Shown: one piece after another, positions 25,099-35,630 of the stretch | Layout of the letters: every line of letters starts with the position of its first letter | How positions within the stretch are numbered: the stretch's first letter is position 1 | Assembly: GCA_950097015.1 (NCBI GenBank) | Contig: CATNEN010000033.1 | Location: 4,712,001 to 4,776,000, forward strand | Direction of reading: 5' to 3' | Source: Macrostomum hystrix | Lineage: Eukaryota; Animalia; Platyhelminthes | Length of the DNA: 64,000 nt | The notes under the pieces: generated by a model | What the model saw: only the letters and a program-made list of their open reading frames with translations | The model's database searches: none | Told to the model about the DNA's origin: nothing | Position numbers and translations under genes: made by a program

Positions 25099-26124
25099 TT
25101 TGCTTTACAAGTTTTTATGATTATTTCTATTAAGTTACTTCGACACACATTTTTTCCTAAGCTTTGCGTGGCAAGCTAAAATAAATATTCACTGTTTACC
25201 GGAAGCGAAGACTATTTAGCTAAGTGATCAAGTGAATCCGATCTTTACCAACTTTGAAGTCATCCAATAGCAGCTTTTAATTTGCAAGATAGGAAGTGCT
25301 GACTAATTAAATTTTTATATATAAACCAGGACATCCTGCTATTCTTGTCGTTCTAAAAACGCAACAAAAGGCAGAACCAAACCGCCCGAGCGTTGCTGTT
25401 GATATCGTTCCGATGGATAAATTATCAAAAAAGTAATTGAGGTCCTGCTTCTACTAACAGCTTATGCAGATCCTTCAAATGAATCGGCTGACTCGACAAA
25501 AAAAACTTTTTATTTTAAACCCTGCAACAATAAATTTCAAAAGTATCCGCAACTGGCTGTTACTCTACACCCAAACAAAAAGATGTTAAATAACATTCGC
25601 ACATTCTGAGAACAAAAATTCTCGTCAAGAATAATGACGAGAAGACGAGTGACGAGTGAATTATTAAGAATTTATTTACGAGCCAAAGTAACAGGACTCT
25701 ATAGTACTGCCTTAGTTAGACAAATTCAAGACTGAAGAAGTGGCGCGTGAGGCACTCGGGCAAACACTAAACACCAACCCTTCAACAGGGTGATACATTG
25801 TTTAAAGACTGTTTTATCGAGAGACCAACTGTATCGAGTGATAAATGGACAACTAGCAGCTAAAACACAAAAGATAATTATATAACAAGGAAACAAGGAA
25901 ACAGATAACAAGGAAAATGAAACAAGGGTATCGATCGTACAACCTGCCTTTTTATCGGGAATGGCTTCATTTATACCATATTTTTAGTAGAAAAACACTA
26001 ACTTTACTAACAGGAAAACTTAGTAAAAAATTGGTCTGGCCCTCAATGCCCAATACTCTACTCAACCCTACTCAATTCAATGTTTTCGCGATCCTGACAG
26101 TTCCGTAACTTAAGTGCTCAGCGC

Positions 26125-26637
26125 TTACACTCGAGCGAGAATGACTGGGTCGCTCTGCACCGACAGTCCGTGGTGGGACCCCAGAGGCTCTGACTCGGTG
26201 TCCGACAAGATCGAATATTGAACCACCGTTCGCCTGCGATGCACAATGCCGCCAGCGATTGCAATTAGAAGCAGTAGTGCGATCACTCCACCACTAGTAG
26301 CTGAGTAGAATGTCACAGTGCGCCTGTAAACGCAGACTCCGCGGCTATTGCATACATAGGTTGAAAATATGCTGCCAGTCTTGGTGTGATGGCTGTATTG
26401 GCTGACATATATATTAGAAATTCGGTTGGTGGCCAGGCTCGACAAATTATGCCGCGACAATGTACGCCGAAAGAGATTGCTCGGCGCTGTCTTCAAAGGT
26501 TGGAAACGCCCACCAAGCGCGATTCTATTCCGGGGTTGTTGCCACTGTCCGCGCTGCCTCTGTCTCTGCAATCCGGACGCATTGGCTGAGGCCAAGACGG
26601 CCGCCACGAGGAGGCCTAGAGCTAGGCTATGAAACAT
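26125..26637 (-). CDS. Orphan single-pass type I membrane protein (170 aa)
   Basis: ATG at 26637; clean signal peptide MFHSLALGLLVAAVLASANA; ectodomain with CNSRGVC; TM GGVIALLLLIAIAGGIV; tail RRRTVVQYSILSDTESEPLGS. Confidence 0.8.
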   Translation of the reverse strand: MFHSLALGLLVAAVLASANASGLQRQRQRGQWQQPRNRIALGGRFQPLKTAPSNLFRRTLSRHNLSSLATNRISNIYVSQYSHHTKTGSIFSTYVCNSRGVCVYRRTVTFYSATSGGVIALLLLIAIAGGIVHRRRTVVQYSILSDTESEPLGSHHGLSVQSDPVILARV

Positions 26638-27257
26638 TTGCGCACTTTAGTTTAGTTCGTGGGACGATCAACAAGTTAGGTTTTTTTCAGCGCCTCTGGC
26701 TTGCCTTAAATTTATTTTAGTTATTACCATAGACAGTGTCCTACACTTGTAAAAAAATGTTGCTGCCTTTATTCAACAGTTCGAGAATCTGCAGCACTTG
26801 AAATTACTTCACGTAGTTTAGTAGCTTCCTTGCAGTGGCTGCCTAAAAGTGGCCTCCTTCGGGGATATTTTCTGGTTTTCTAGTCTAGCTCAGTCCTTCA
26901 TTAATTTGGAGGCTTTAGATAGAATGTACATTCTATATTCTGTACATTTTCCACCCTCCTCTTCCCTCCTAGCCTCTATCCCTGAGCGGGTAGCAGTGTG
27001 CCCAGGCATCACAGCTCTTATCGATTTTCTCCACAGGGTTTGTGAGTCAGCTTACAGGAAACCTCTGCCCGGCAGGTCCCGCTGCTTTCAAAGCAGCATG
27101 CGTACATTATCTCTTTATTTCTATTTTGGAGACAAGCCTGCACTCCTTCTGCTCCTTTTTGAAACAGGGTTCGGCAAAAGTTGGCTTGCCAACAAAAGAG
27201 AGAATCTAAGAGTGAGGAGTACTGTCCTGGGATGCGTTCTTGATTGTTCTCAGCCCA

Positions 27258-28300
27258 GATGAGACAGGGGAGAGATGAGACGGGAGAGATAAAACAGAAG
27301 ACAGAAAAGACAGGGGAGAGATGAGACAGGGGAGAGATGAGACAGGAGTGAGATAAGACGGGAGAGATAAAACAGAAGACAGAAAAGACAGGGGAGAGAT
27401 GAGACAGGGGAGAGATGAGACAGGGGAGAGATGAGACAGTGAAGAGATAAGACAGGGGAGAGATGAGACAGTGAAGAGATAAGACAGGGGAGACATGAGA
27501 CAGGGGAGAGATGAGACAGTGAAGAGATAAGACAGGGGAGAGATGAGACAGTGAAGAGATAAGACAGGGGAGAGATGAGACAGTGAAGAGATAAGACAGG
27601 GGAGAGATGAGACAGTGAAGAGATAAGACAGGGGAGACATGAGACAGGGGAGAGATGAGACAGGGGAGACATGAGACAGGGGAGAGATGAGACAGGGGAG
27701 ACATGAGACAGGGGAGAGATGAGACAGGGGAGAGATGAGACAGGGGAGAGATGAGACAGTGGAGAGATGAGACAGGGGAGAGATTAGACAGGGGAGACAT
27801 GAGACAGGGGAGAGATGAGACAGGGGAGACATGAGACAGGGGAGAGATAAGACAGGGGAGACATGAGACAGGGGAGACATGAGACAGGGGAGAGATGAGA
27901 CAGGGGAGACATGAGACAGGGGAGAGATGAGACAGGGGAGAGATGAGACAGGGGAGAGATGAGACAGTGGAGAGATGAGACAGTGAAGAGATAAGACAGG
28001 GGAGACATGAGACAGGGGAGAGATGAGACAGGGGAGAGATGAGACAGGGGAGAGATGAGACAGTGGAGAGATGAGACAGTGAAGAGATGAGACAGGGGAG
28101 AGATGAGACAGAGGAGAGATGAGACAGGGGAGAGATAAGACAGGGGAGAGATGAGACAGTGGAGAGATGAGACAAGGGAGAGATGAGACAGTGGAGAAAT
28201 GAGACAGGGGAGAGATGAGACAGTGGAGAGATGAGACAAGGGAGAGATGAGACAGTGGAGAAATGAGACAGGGGAGAGATGAGACAGTGGGGAGATGATA
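27258..28300. repeat. 16-bp purine-rich minisatellite (GAGACAGGGGAGAGAT)n
   Basis: About 60 units with variants. Confidence 0.95.
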
Positions 28301-28306
28301 CAGACT

Positions 28307-28679
28307 TCACTCGGAGGGCCTGTCTGCTCCATGGCTGCTTCTGTTGTATCACTCGGAGGGCCTGTCTGCTCCATGGCTGCTTCTGTTGTATCACTCGGAG
28401 GGCCTGTCTGCTCCATGGCTGCTTCTGTTGTATCACTCGGAGGGCCTGTCTGCTCCATGGCTGCTTGGGACTGTCTGCTCCATGGCTGCTTCTGTTGTAT
28501 CACTCGGAGGGCCTGTCTGCTCCATGGCTGCTTCTGTTGTATCACTCGGAGGGCCTGTCTGCTCCATGGCTGTTTCTGTATTTGCTGATTTGGCTTCTTA
28601 GTGAGCGGTGAGTCCTGTCGCAGATGCAACTACAGTAAATAACGAAATAAGTGACCAAATCTTTAAGAGCTATCAAAAG
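28307..28679 (-). pseudogene. Truncated pseudogene copy of the 24.1-25.1 kb mucin-like gene
   Basis: Near-identical signal-peptide region and 42-bp repeats. TAC to TAA stop at 28600-28598, a frameshifting deletion near 28465, no start codon (replaced by the hAT-like end) and no TM or tail (replaced by satellite). Confidence 0.88.
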
Positions 28680-28745
28680 CAGGGGTCGGCAAACTCCGGC
28701 CCGCGGGCCAGATGCGGCCCTCGAAGCCCCTAAATCTGGCCCGTT
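28680..28745 (+). mobile_element. hAT-type DNA transposon/MITE terminus
   Basis: CAGGGGTCGGCAAACTCCGGCCCGCGGGCCAGATGCGGCCC resembles the terminal and subterminal pattern of hAT (Charlie-like) elements. The matching right end was not found in the window. Confidence 0.65.
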
Positions 28746-28779
28746 GCCCCTTCCACCACCTATAGTCCTATAGTATCCT

Positions 28780-29378
28780 ATCTCATCTCTCCAGTGTTTT
28801 ATCTGTCCTGTGTCTAATTATCTCTCCCCTGTCTCATCTCTGCCGTGTCTCCCGTCTCTCTCCGTCTTATCTATTCTCATCTCTGGCTCATCCCTCCCCT
28901 GTCTCCCGTCTCTCTCCAGTCTTATCTATTCTCATCTCTGGCTCATCCCTCCCCTGTCTCGTCTATCCGGTGTCTCATCTCTCCCATTTCTCATCTATCC
29001 TGTGTCCAATATCTCCCATTTATCATCATTTCTCATCTCTCCCATTTCTCATCTCTCCCATTTCTCATTTCTCCCCTGTCTCGTCTATCCGGTGTCTCAT
29101 CTCTCCCATTTCTCATCTCTCCCATTTCTCATCTCTCCCATTTCTCATCTCTCCCATTTCTCATCTCTCCCATTTCTCATCTCTCCCATTTCTCATCTCT
29201 CCCATTTCTCATCTCTCCCATTTCTCATCTCTCCCATTTCTCATCTCTCCCATTTCTCATCTCTCCCATTTCTCATCTCTCCCATTTCTCATCTCTCCCA
29301 TTTCTCATCTCTCCCATTTCTCATCTCTCCTATTTCTCATCTCATCTATCCTGTGTCTCATCTCTCCCCTTTCTCATA
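28780..29378. repeat. 16-bp minisatellite in inverted orientation (TCTCCCCTGTCTCATC, variant TCTCCCATTTCTCATC)
   Basis: Reverse complement of the flanking GAGACAGGGGAGAGAT family; a homogenised variant occupies about 29095-29340. Confidence 0.9.
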
Positions 29379-29437
29379 TTCCTACAGTTAATACGGCCCG
29401 CTGTCTTCCTATAGGTTCTCTCCGTGGCCCGCTCGCT

Positions 29438-29910
29438 ATAGAGATAAAACAGAAGACAGAAAAGACAGGGGAGAGATGAGACAGGGGAGAGATGAGACAG
29501 GAGTGAGATAAGACGGGAGAGATAGAACAGAAGACAGAAAAGACAGGGGAGAGATGAGACAGTGAAGAGATAAGACAGGGGAGAGATGAGACAGTGAAGA
29601 GATAAGACAGGGGAGACATGAGACAGGGGAGAGATGAGACAGGGGAGACATGAGACAGGGGAGAGATAAGACGGGAGAGATGAGACAGGGGAGAGATGAG
29701 ACAGGGGAGAGATGAGACAGGGGAGAGATGAGACAGGGGAGAGATGAGACAGGGGAGAGATGAGACAGGGGAGAGATGAGACAGGGGAGAGATGAGACAG
29801 GGGAGAGATGAGACAGGGGAGAGATGAAACAGGGGAGAGATGAGAGAGGAGAGATGAGACAGGGGAGAAATGAGACAGGGGAGAGATAAGATAGAGGAGA
29901 GATGAGACAC
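29438..29910. repeat. 16-bp purine-rich minisatellite, second forward block
   Basis: Same unit as 27258-28300, and opens with the same complex GAGATAAAACAGAAGACAGAAAAGACAGG segment. Confidence 0.93.
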
Positions 29911-30445
29911 CGGCCTTTCTAGCCAACTAGTCACTCGGATTGATTATTGTTTAATAATTCAATTACCTTGTATTATAATAATAATTATTAGTTAATAATA
30001 GCATTTTATTAAAATTACGCACGCTAGAAAAATAAGTAGCGAAAAAATACGCTTACAAATATTCGAGACTCAGCATTCAACTACTACTACTGTCTACCAA
30101 CAGTAGAAATGTTTGGATGTGAACTATCTGAAAAATTACTTGCAAATGTTCTTGATTAGACTTCGACTTTAAACTGCATATTGGACCGAATTCAAGTGCG
30201 AGATATAAAAAATCAATTTCTGTATCAAGCGATCTTCCTTATCAGTCGAAACGATACGCTATTTCTCCCCTTTGGAAAGACCACGGGGTATTTCAAATAC
30301 CCACTGCCTACTTCAGGATAGCTCCAAATACGGAATAACAGATTTTCCTGAAAGTCTCCTAGTCTCCTAGTTCGACTTTATCCGAAAGTTAAAAGTTGCT
30401 CCGAGAGGGTGCGCCTGAGATTTTATTTATTATGTTACGAAGCTG

Positions 30446-31720
30446 CTACACAGAAGCAGCCGCCCAGCCAAAGCAAGGACATCTGGCCATAGACAATACA
30501 ATAGACAATAGACACCAGGTTTGGTCCGTTGTCAGATACGACAATGTCCTGTAAACCATGCGTGGCGAAGCACTGTCGGAGTCTCTGTATAATTGCAGCT
30601 GACGACGTTGCCAACTACGAGTGTGCATCCACCATCACGAGCAATATCTTTCCTTCCACAGGACAAGCAAAGCCGATGTGAAGGCGCGACCACGGCCTGT
30701 CGGGCCAAGCCCAAGGCTTCAGAGGCACTGGTGCCGGAGCCTTTTGCAGCGCCCAACGCTGAATTCTGCTAGAAGCCATGGCATGTATTGGCTTCGACTC
30801 GTGCAGCAAACCCTAACAGTGGCTTGTGATCGCTAACCAGTGTGAGTGGGAGGCAAACGCGGTCGGCTTATCAATGCTGTCAATACGGTGACAGATATCT
30901 GCTCCAATGCCGTACGGTGATGCATCGCACTCCAGTACCAGCGGCTTTTGCACATCAAAATGACCAAGCACAGGTGCCCTGCTGAGCAGCTCCTTGCACC
31001 TTCAGAAAGCAGCATCTTGAGCGGCATCCCATAACCATTCGACACCGCTATTCAGCGATCGATGCAGCGGAGCCAGCTCGGTCGACAGGTTAGACAGGAA
31101 TTTTCCGTAATAGTTAAGTATCATTGGGCTTTGGCGCATCCACGATTGCCCGCACTTTCTATTGCAGCGGATGTAGGCCAGCAACATCGATCCGGTGCCC
31201 GAGGTAGCTCACGCTATCCTGCATGAAGCTGCCATTATTTAGCCCGCACTTCAAACCACTTTGCTGAAGACGTTGTAGAACCAGCTCAAGAGAGCGCAGA
31301 TGGGACTTTTCGTCCCCTCCCATGATGATCAGGTCATCGATGAAACAGGCGACATGTGGAATGGCCTGCAGCAAGTTGTCCATGTGCCGCTGGAAAATTC
31401 CAACCGCCGGAGCCACTCCAAACGGAAGCCAAGTATAGCGCAGAAGACCTTTCGACGTGTTGATGGTGCAGATCCGCTGCGAGGCCTCATCGAGTGGCAT
31501 CTGAGAGTAAGCCTGCGACAGATCCAGCTTCATAAACTTCTGCCCCCCCGGCCAGCTTGGCGAAGAGCTCGTCAATCCGTGTAAGTGGGTAATTGTCTGG
31601 CTCTGCGTCGAGATTCACAGTCTGTTTGAAATCTGCGCAAATTCGGACCGATCCGTCAGGCTTGTGCACAGGGACAATTGGCGATACATAGTCAGAGCTG
31701 CTCATAGGCTTGAGCACTCC
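30446..31720 (-). mobile_element. Decayed Ty3/Gypsy LTR retrotransposon pol relic (RT, RNase H traces, integrase)
   Basis: SPIVPVHKPDGSVRICADFK; LDLSQAYSQMPLD; LPFGVAPAVGIFQR; FIDDLII; VSYLGHRID; FLSNLSTELAPLH; SSRIQRWAL; PWSRLHIGFACP..LLVMVDAHS. Multiple frameshifts and deletions. Confidence 0.92.
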
Positions 31721-31884
31721 CTGCTCAATTTATTTTTCATGGACTAATTATAAAGCAGTTCATAACATGGACTGCTTTGGCGGGCAAACGGGGAATACAT
31801 GGAACATATTAATACATTTATGATTAAATGATTAAACGTGAAAATCGTTTACGCATTGCTAGGAGTCGAGAAATGGAAAAGTGG

Positions 31885-32135
31885 GCAATGGCACATCATC
31901 AGGTTACAGCAAATCCTGAGCAAGCACGCACACAGATACTGAACGCAAGCAAACACACACACAGGTGTGTATATCTGTGCCTTACTTTCAGGCAGTGTAC
32001 ACTCTCATCGCACGACAACCCCCTAAGCCTCTCGGCGGCTGTACGCCAAAAAATGTGTCCTCGACGCGGAATCGATCTCAGGGACCTCGGTGCGGGAGAC
32101 AGACGCGTTAGACCGCTCTGCCACTGTGAGCCACG
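31885..32135 (-). mobile_element. tRNA-derived SINE copy
   Basis: Minus-strand head GTGGCAGAGCGGTCTAACGCG (A-box) and GATCGATTCC (B-box-like). Body matches the other copies with internal deletions. Confidence 0.75.
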
Positions 32136-33113
32136 TGAGACAATCGCTGGTCGCGAGTAAATAAGGATTACTTCAGAAAAAGTAATTATAAGAGTCTAGA
32201 CGTCCATCTCAGCAATCTCTGACCCGCTGGTTATCCAATCGATCTAAAGAGATCTCGAAAACTTCAAAACAAACTGGCCGCCCCACAGCACTGGCTGTGC
32301 CTCGCAAATTTTTTCCATCTGTCATTGTAGCCGCCCCCTGCCTAGTGTCTAATGCATCGAATATGGACTCTATAATGCTGGGAGAGACAAGAGAGCTGGG
32401 AGGGATTTGGTGAGCTCAGGTCGGTTCTGTGCATCCTGGGATCGGGTCGCAGCAATAATCCTAGCCCACCACGGCTCAAGCTCGAAAGCCCCCATCATTC
32501 TCCGGGGAAATATTGAGGGGTGCAGCGCCCTGGCGTAGGATGCAGGATGCGAATCATGGAGGAAATCCCTTTGCCATTCCTCTTTTCTCTTCCTCTGTCT
32601 CCGTCCCGCAGCCCCACTGGAAGACGAATGATGGAGAACCAGCCTCATCGGTCTCGCTAGTCTCTCTCTGACCTCCGCCCCAGTTTCTCATTGCTGGGCA
32701 CGGCTGAGTGCGACTCGTTTGTATTTTCCCCTCTTTCAGGATCCCCATCCCGCGCTCTCCTTTCTGTCTTAGAGAGGCTTTTTTCTACATTTTCTTCGCG
32801 TGAGGGCGAGAAACTGCGGACGCGGCCAAGTGTGCTGGTGGCTCCTGGCCGCGCAGGCCCGCACCGAATGAGAGGCCTCATCGCGAAGGGGAGGGTGTAG
32901 ATACCCTGCACGCTGCGTGATGGGATTCTTTCGCTTTTCCTCATCTTCCTCCTCTCTCCCCTTTCCCGTCTTTTTTCAGTCAATGGCTGAAATGAGGAGC
33001 ATCTCGATTCAATGGGGAGCGACTCGAATTCATGAATTTTAAAACGTGGACATAAAAACCGGTAAGGATAAGGGGAGACCGGTAAGGGGGGGAGAGGCAG
33101 CGCAGGCCCTCTG

Positions 33114-34183
33114 ATGGCGCTACCGAAGTCCTCCAGCAGACGCTTGCTAGCCTGCGTTGCAGCCGAGCTGCTCGCTGTGGCCGGAACATTGACTTTCATC
33201 GCCACCAGGAGTCCCCTGCCACAGCCCCAGCCTCAGCACAGGCCGCATGCGGATCCGATTGGCCAAGCCAGTCGCATTGTACACCAGAGCTGGAAGACAT
33301 CCAGTTTATCCCCGCGCTTCGAGCGCTGGCGCAGCACCTGGCGCCGCTGCTTCCCAAACTGGCGCCATCTACTGTGGACGGACGATATGAACGAGGCTCT
33401 GGTCAGGCGGGTGGCACCTTGGTTTCTGCATACGTACACCGGCGGTCTGCGGAGGCACCCGATTTGTCGGGCCGATGCTGCCAGGTTGGGCCTTCAGGGA
33501 GAACGGCTGAACTCAAGAACCTGATCGAGGGCAGTTTGAAAATTCATAGTACAATTAAAAACGGGATCAAGTGATTGAAACTAAACTTGAAATCGCCTCC
33601 TTAAAATGGTGCAGAAACCTCTGCTACTTTGTTCAATATCCAATCAAATCCCAGGTATGTCTACATGCATGAGTTTGGAGGCCTCTACACGGACCTTGAC
33701 AACGTCTGCCTGCGCGAATTTGAGGCGCGTCTCTCTGGCTGTCGTGTCCTGGTCGGCCGAATGCGGACTCTACGCGGATCCAGAGACACCTTCGGCTACT
33801 ATGAGAACTCTTTCCTGTACTCCGCTGTGCCCGGCCACCCGCTCTGGCTGCGTCTACTTCGCGACGTTCAGGCGAACGTGGCGGCTGCAGAGATCGCCGA
33901 AGCATCCGGCGACGTTGGCAGCATTCCTGAGGAGATCTGCGGTCCGATGGCGCTGACCCGGGCCCTGCGAGTCGCCGCTGCTGATCCGGCTGCAGGCATC
34001 TGCCTGGCACCCGCGCGCGAATTCAACCCGTTCTCTTGGGTGGCTGACAACGTCACCGCGGGTCCATGTCGCGATCTGAACCGGATGACGGACGCTGAGG
34101 AGGCCCTTTGCCGCTGGCAGCATAGAGACTCATTTGTGCTACAGTTCCACACTCAGGTTTGGAAGTCGGGCCGGCTTGTCTGA
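33114..34183 (+). CDS. Glycosyltransferase family 32 (DXD, OCH1/SUR1-like), type II membrane, 2 exons, ~299 aa
   Basis: Exons 33114-33484 and 33655-34183 (phase-2 GT-AG intron) join to give RADAAR|YVYMHEFGGLYTDLD. Also RIVHQSWK, WTD, an N-terminal signal anchor and a C-terminal FHTQVWK. Confidence 0.88.
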
Positions 34184-34242
34184 TCGTTTTCGTAAAGATG
34201 AGCATGGAAAGGTTGCTTGACTAAACTAACACCGGAGTGAGC

Positions 34243-35237
34243 ATTCTTGAGGTTGATGTTGATGTGTGAACGTAACTTACACACCATTGAACACGCGTCT
34301 AAAAAAATGTTAAAGCATTTTTTTTACTTTTTTAATTTTTCTATGCAAACTCACATGTCATCTTCTAACTTTCGCCGTCAGATTAAGTAGCATATTCAAC
34401 TCTTACTACATTTGCTCTTTGTTCCTTGTAATATTTGCAAAGTAAACTGATGGGTAAAAAGCAGAAATCTAGTGTGCATGGCGACAATTACTAATTATAA
34501 ATGTTAATATCTAAGTTAAATATAAATGAGATTGATGCAATCTCAGAGCTTTGCCGATTTAATAAACAAACAAACAAACAAAGACTTGAGGTGTGCTGAG
34601 ATCTACGTTTCTTTATCGTGATGTGCAAGATTACATTTTACCCTTCCTCGCTCCGGACCAGAAGGCGTTTCGAGATAAAACCGTGGTAGAGCTGTGGACC
34701 AACGAGAGCTCGGCCCTGCAAATTTGGAACTCGTAGGAGGAAAAGTGCCAGCAAATACCAGAAAATGACACTTCTATTATTTGACTGGAAAGCAATAGTA
34801 AATTTTCGCAATTTTACCAATAAATCACATAAATAAATAATAATTTTCTTTTTTTACTCCAACCATAGACAGCCGAAATAAAGGGAAAATTTGTTATGCA
34901 TTCCTCACTTTCCGGCAAGCAAGTGAGGTATGTCGATGATAAAAAGTTTCGTTTATTGCCCTGGGCGATCGGGAAATAAATCATTTATTCCCTGGGCAAA
35001 TAAATGAAATGCTTTAAGACATCGACTGCGTTGGCAGGCAAACGGGGAATAAATGTATAATATTCCCCATTTATTTTGTTGTCTAGCGGGCAAAACCACC
35101 AGGTGTCTCGTTAATTGACCGAGGCGAAGCCGAGTGAGAGGCGAAGGCGAATGAGCGAGATACCGAGATTTTTTAGACGCGTGTTCAATGATTTGTAACT
35201 TACGTTCACACATCAACATCAACCTCAAGAATGCTTT
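34243..35237. repeat. ~75-bp inverted repeat pair (34243-34318 and 35168-35237), MITE-like
   Basis: GCATTCTTGAGGTTGATGTTGATGTGTGAACGTAA...TTGAACACGCGTCTAAAAA and its reverse complement about 850 bp downstream. Confidence 0.75.
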
Positions 35238-35521
35238 TGGCCCTAGACAACTAAATGAGTGGGGAATATGGTATGTATCCCTAACTTGAAGTGGGCAAAC
35301 AAACAATTTTATTTTTAGCGATATTAGCGATTTCGTTTAATTCTGTTTGTCTATGGTTGTGCTATAGTTCTGTGTTATAGTTAATTTATTTGCATCGATG
35401 CAAAGTGAAATAAATAATTTATTGCACTACATGTAGTGCAAATAAATTAAAAGCTTAAAAACATAGATACTGCCCGGGGCAAGTGTGGGATACGTATACA
35501 ATCTCTCCCGTTCATTCATTT

Positions 35522-35580
35522 ATCTGTGGCCGTCAGAGCGACTGAGAAACAAGTTCTCAGTCGCTCTGACGGCCACAGAT
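35522..35580. other. Perfect 27-bp stem / 5-nt loop hairpin
   Basis: ATCTGTGGCCGTCAGAGCGACTGAGAA-ACAAG-TTCTCAGTCGCTCTGACGGCCACAGAT; the arms are exact reverse complements. Confidence 0.95.
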
Positions 35581-35630
35581 CGCTCTGAGATCTCGGTTTC
35601 TCAGAGAAACGAGTTTGAAGTCGTTCTGGC

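Noticed and set aside
27018-29934. Leu/Ser/Pro-rich ORFs up to 472 aa
   Set aside because: Satellite translations fused to the pseudogene fragment.
32370-33205. Minus-strand ORFs upstream of and overlapping GT32
   Set aside because: Low-complexity, non-ATG or antisense frames without domain features.
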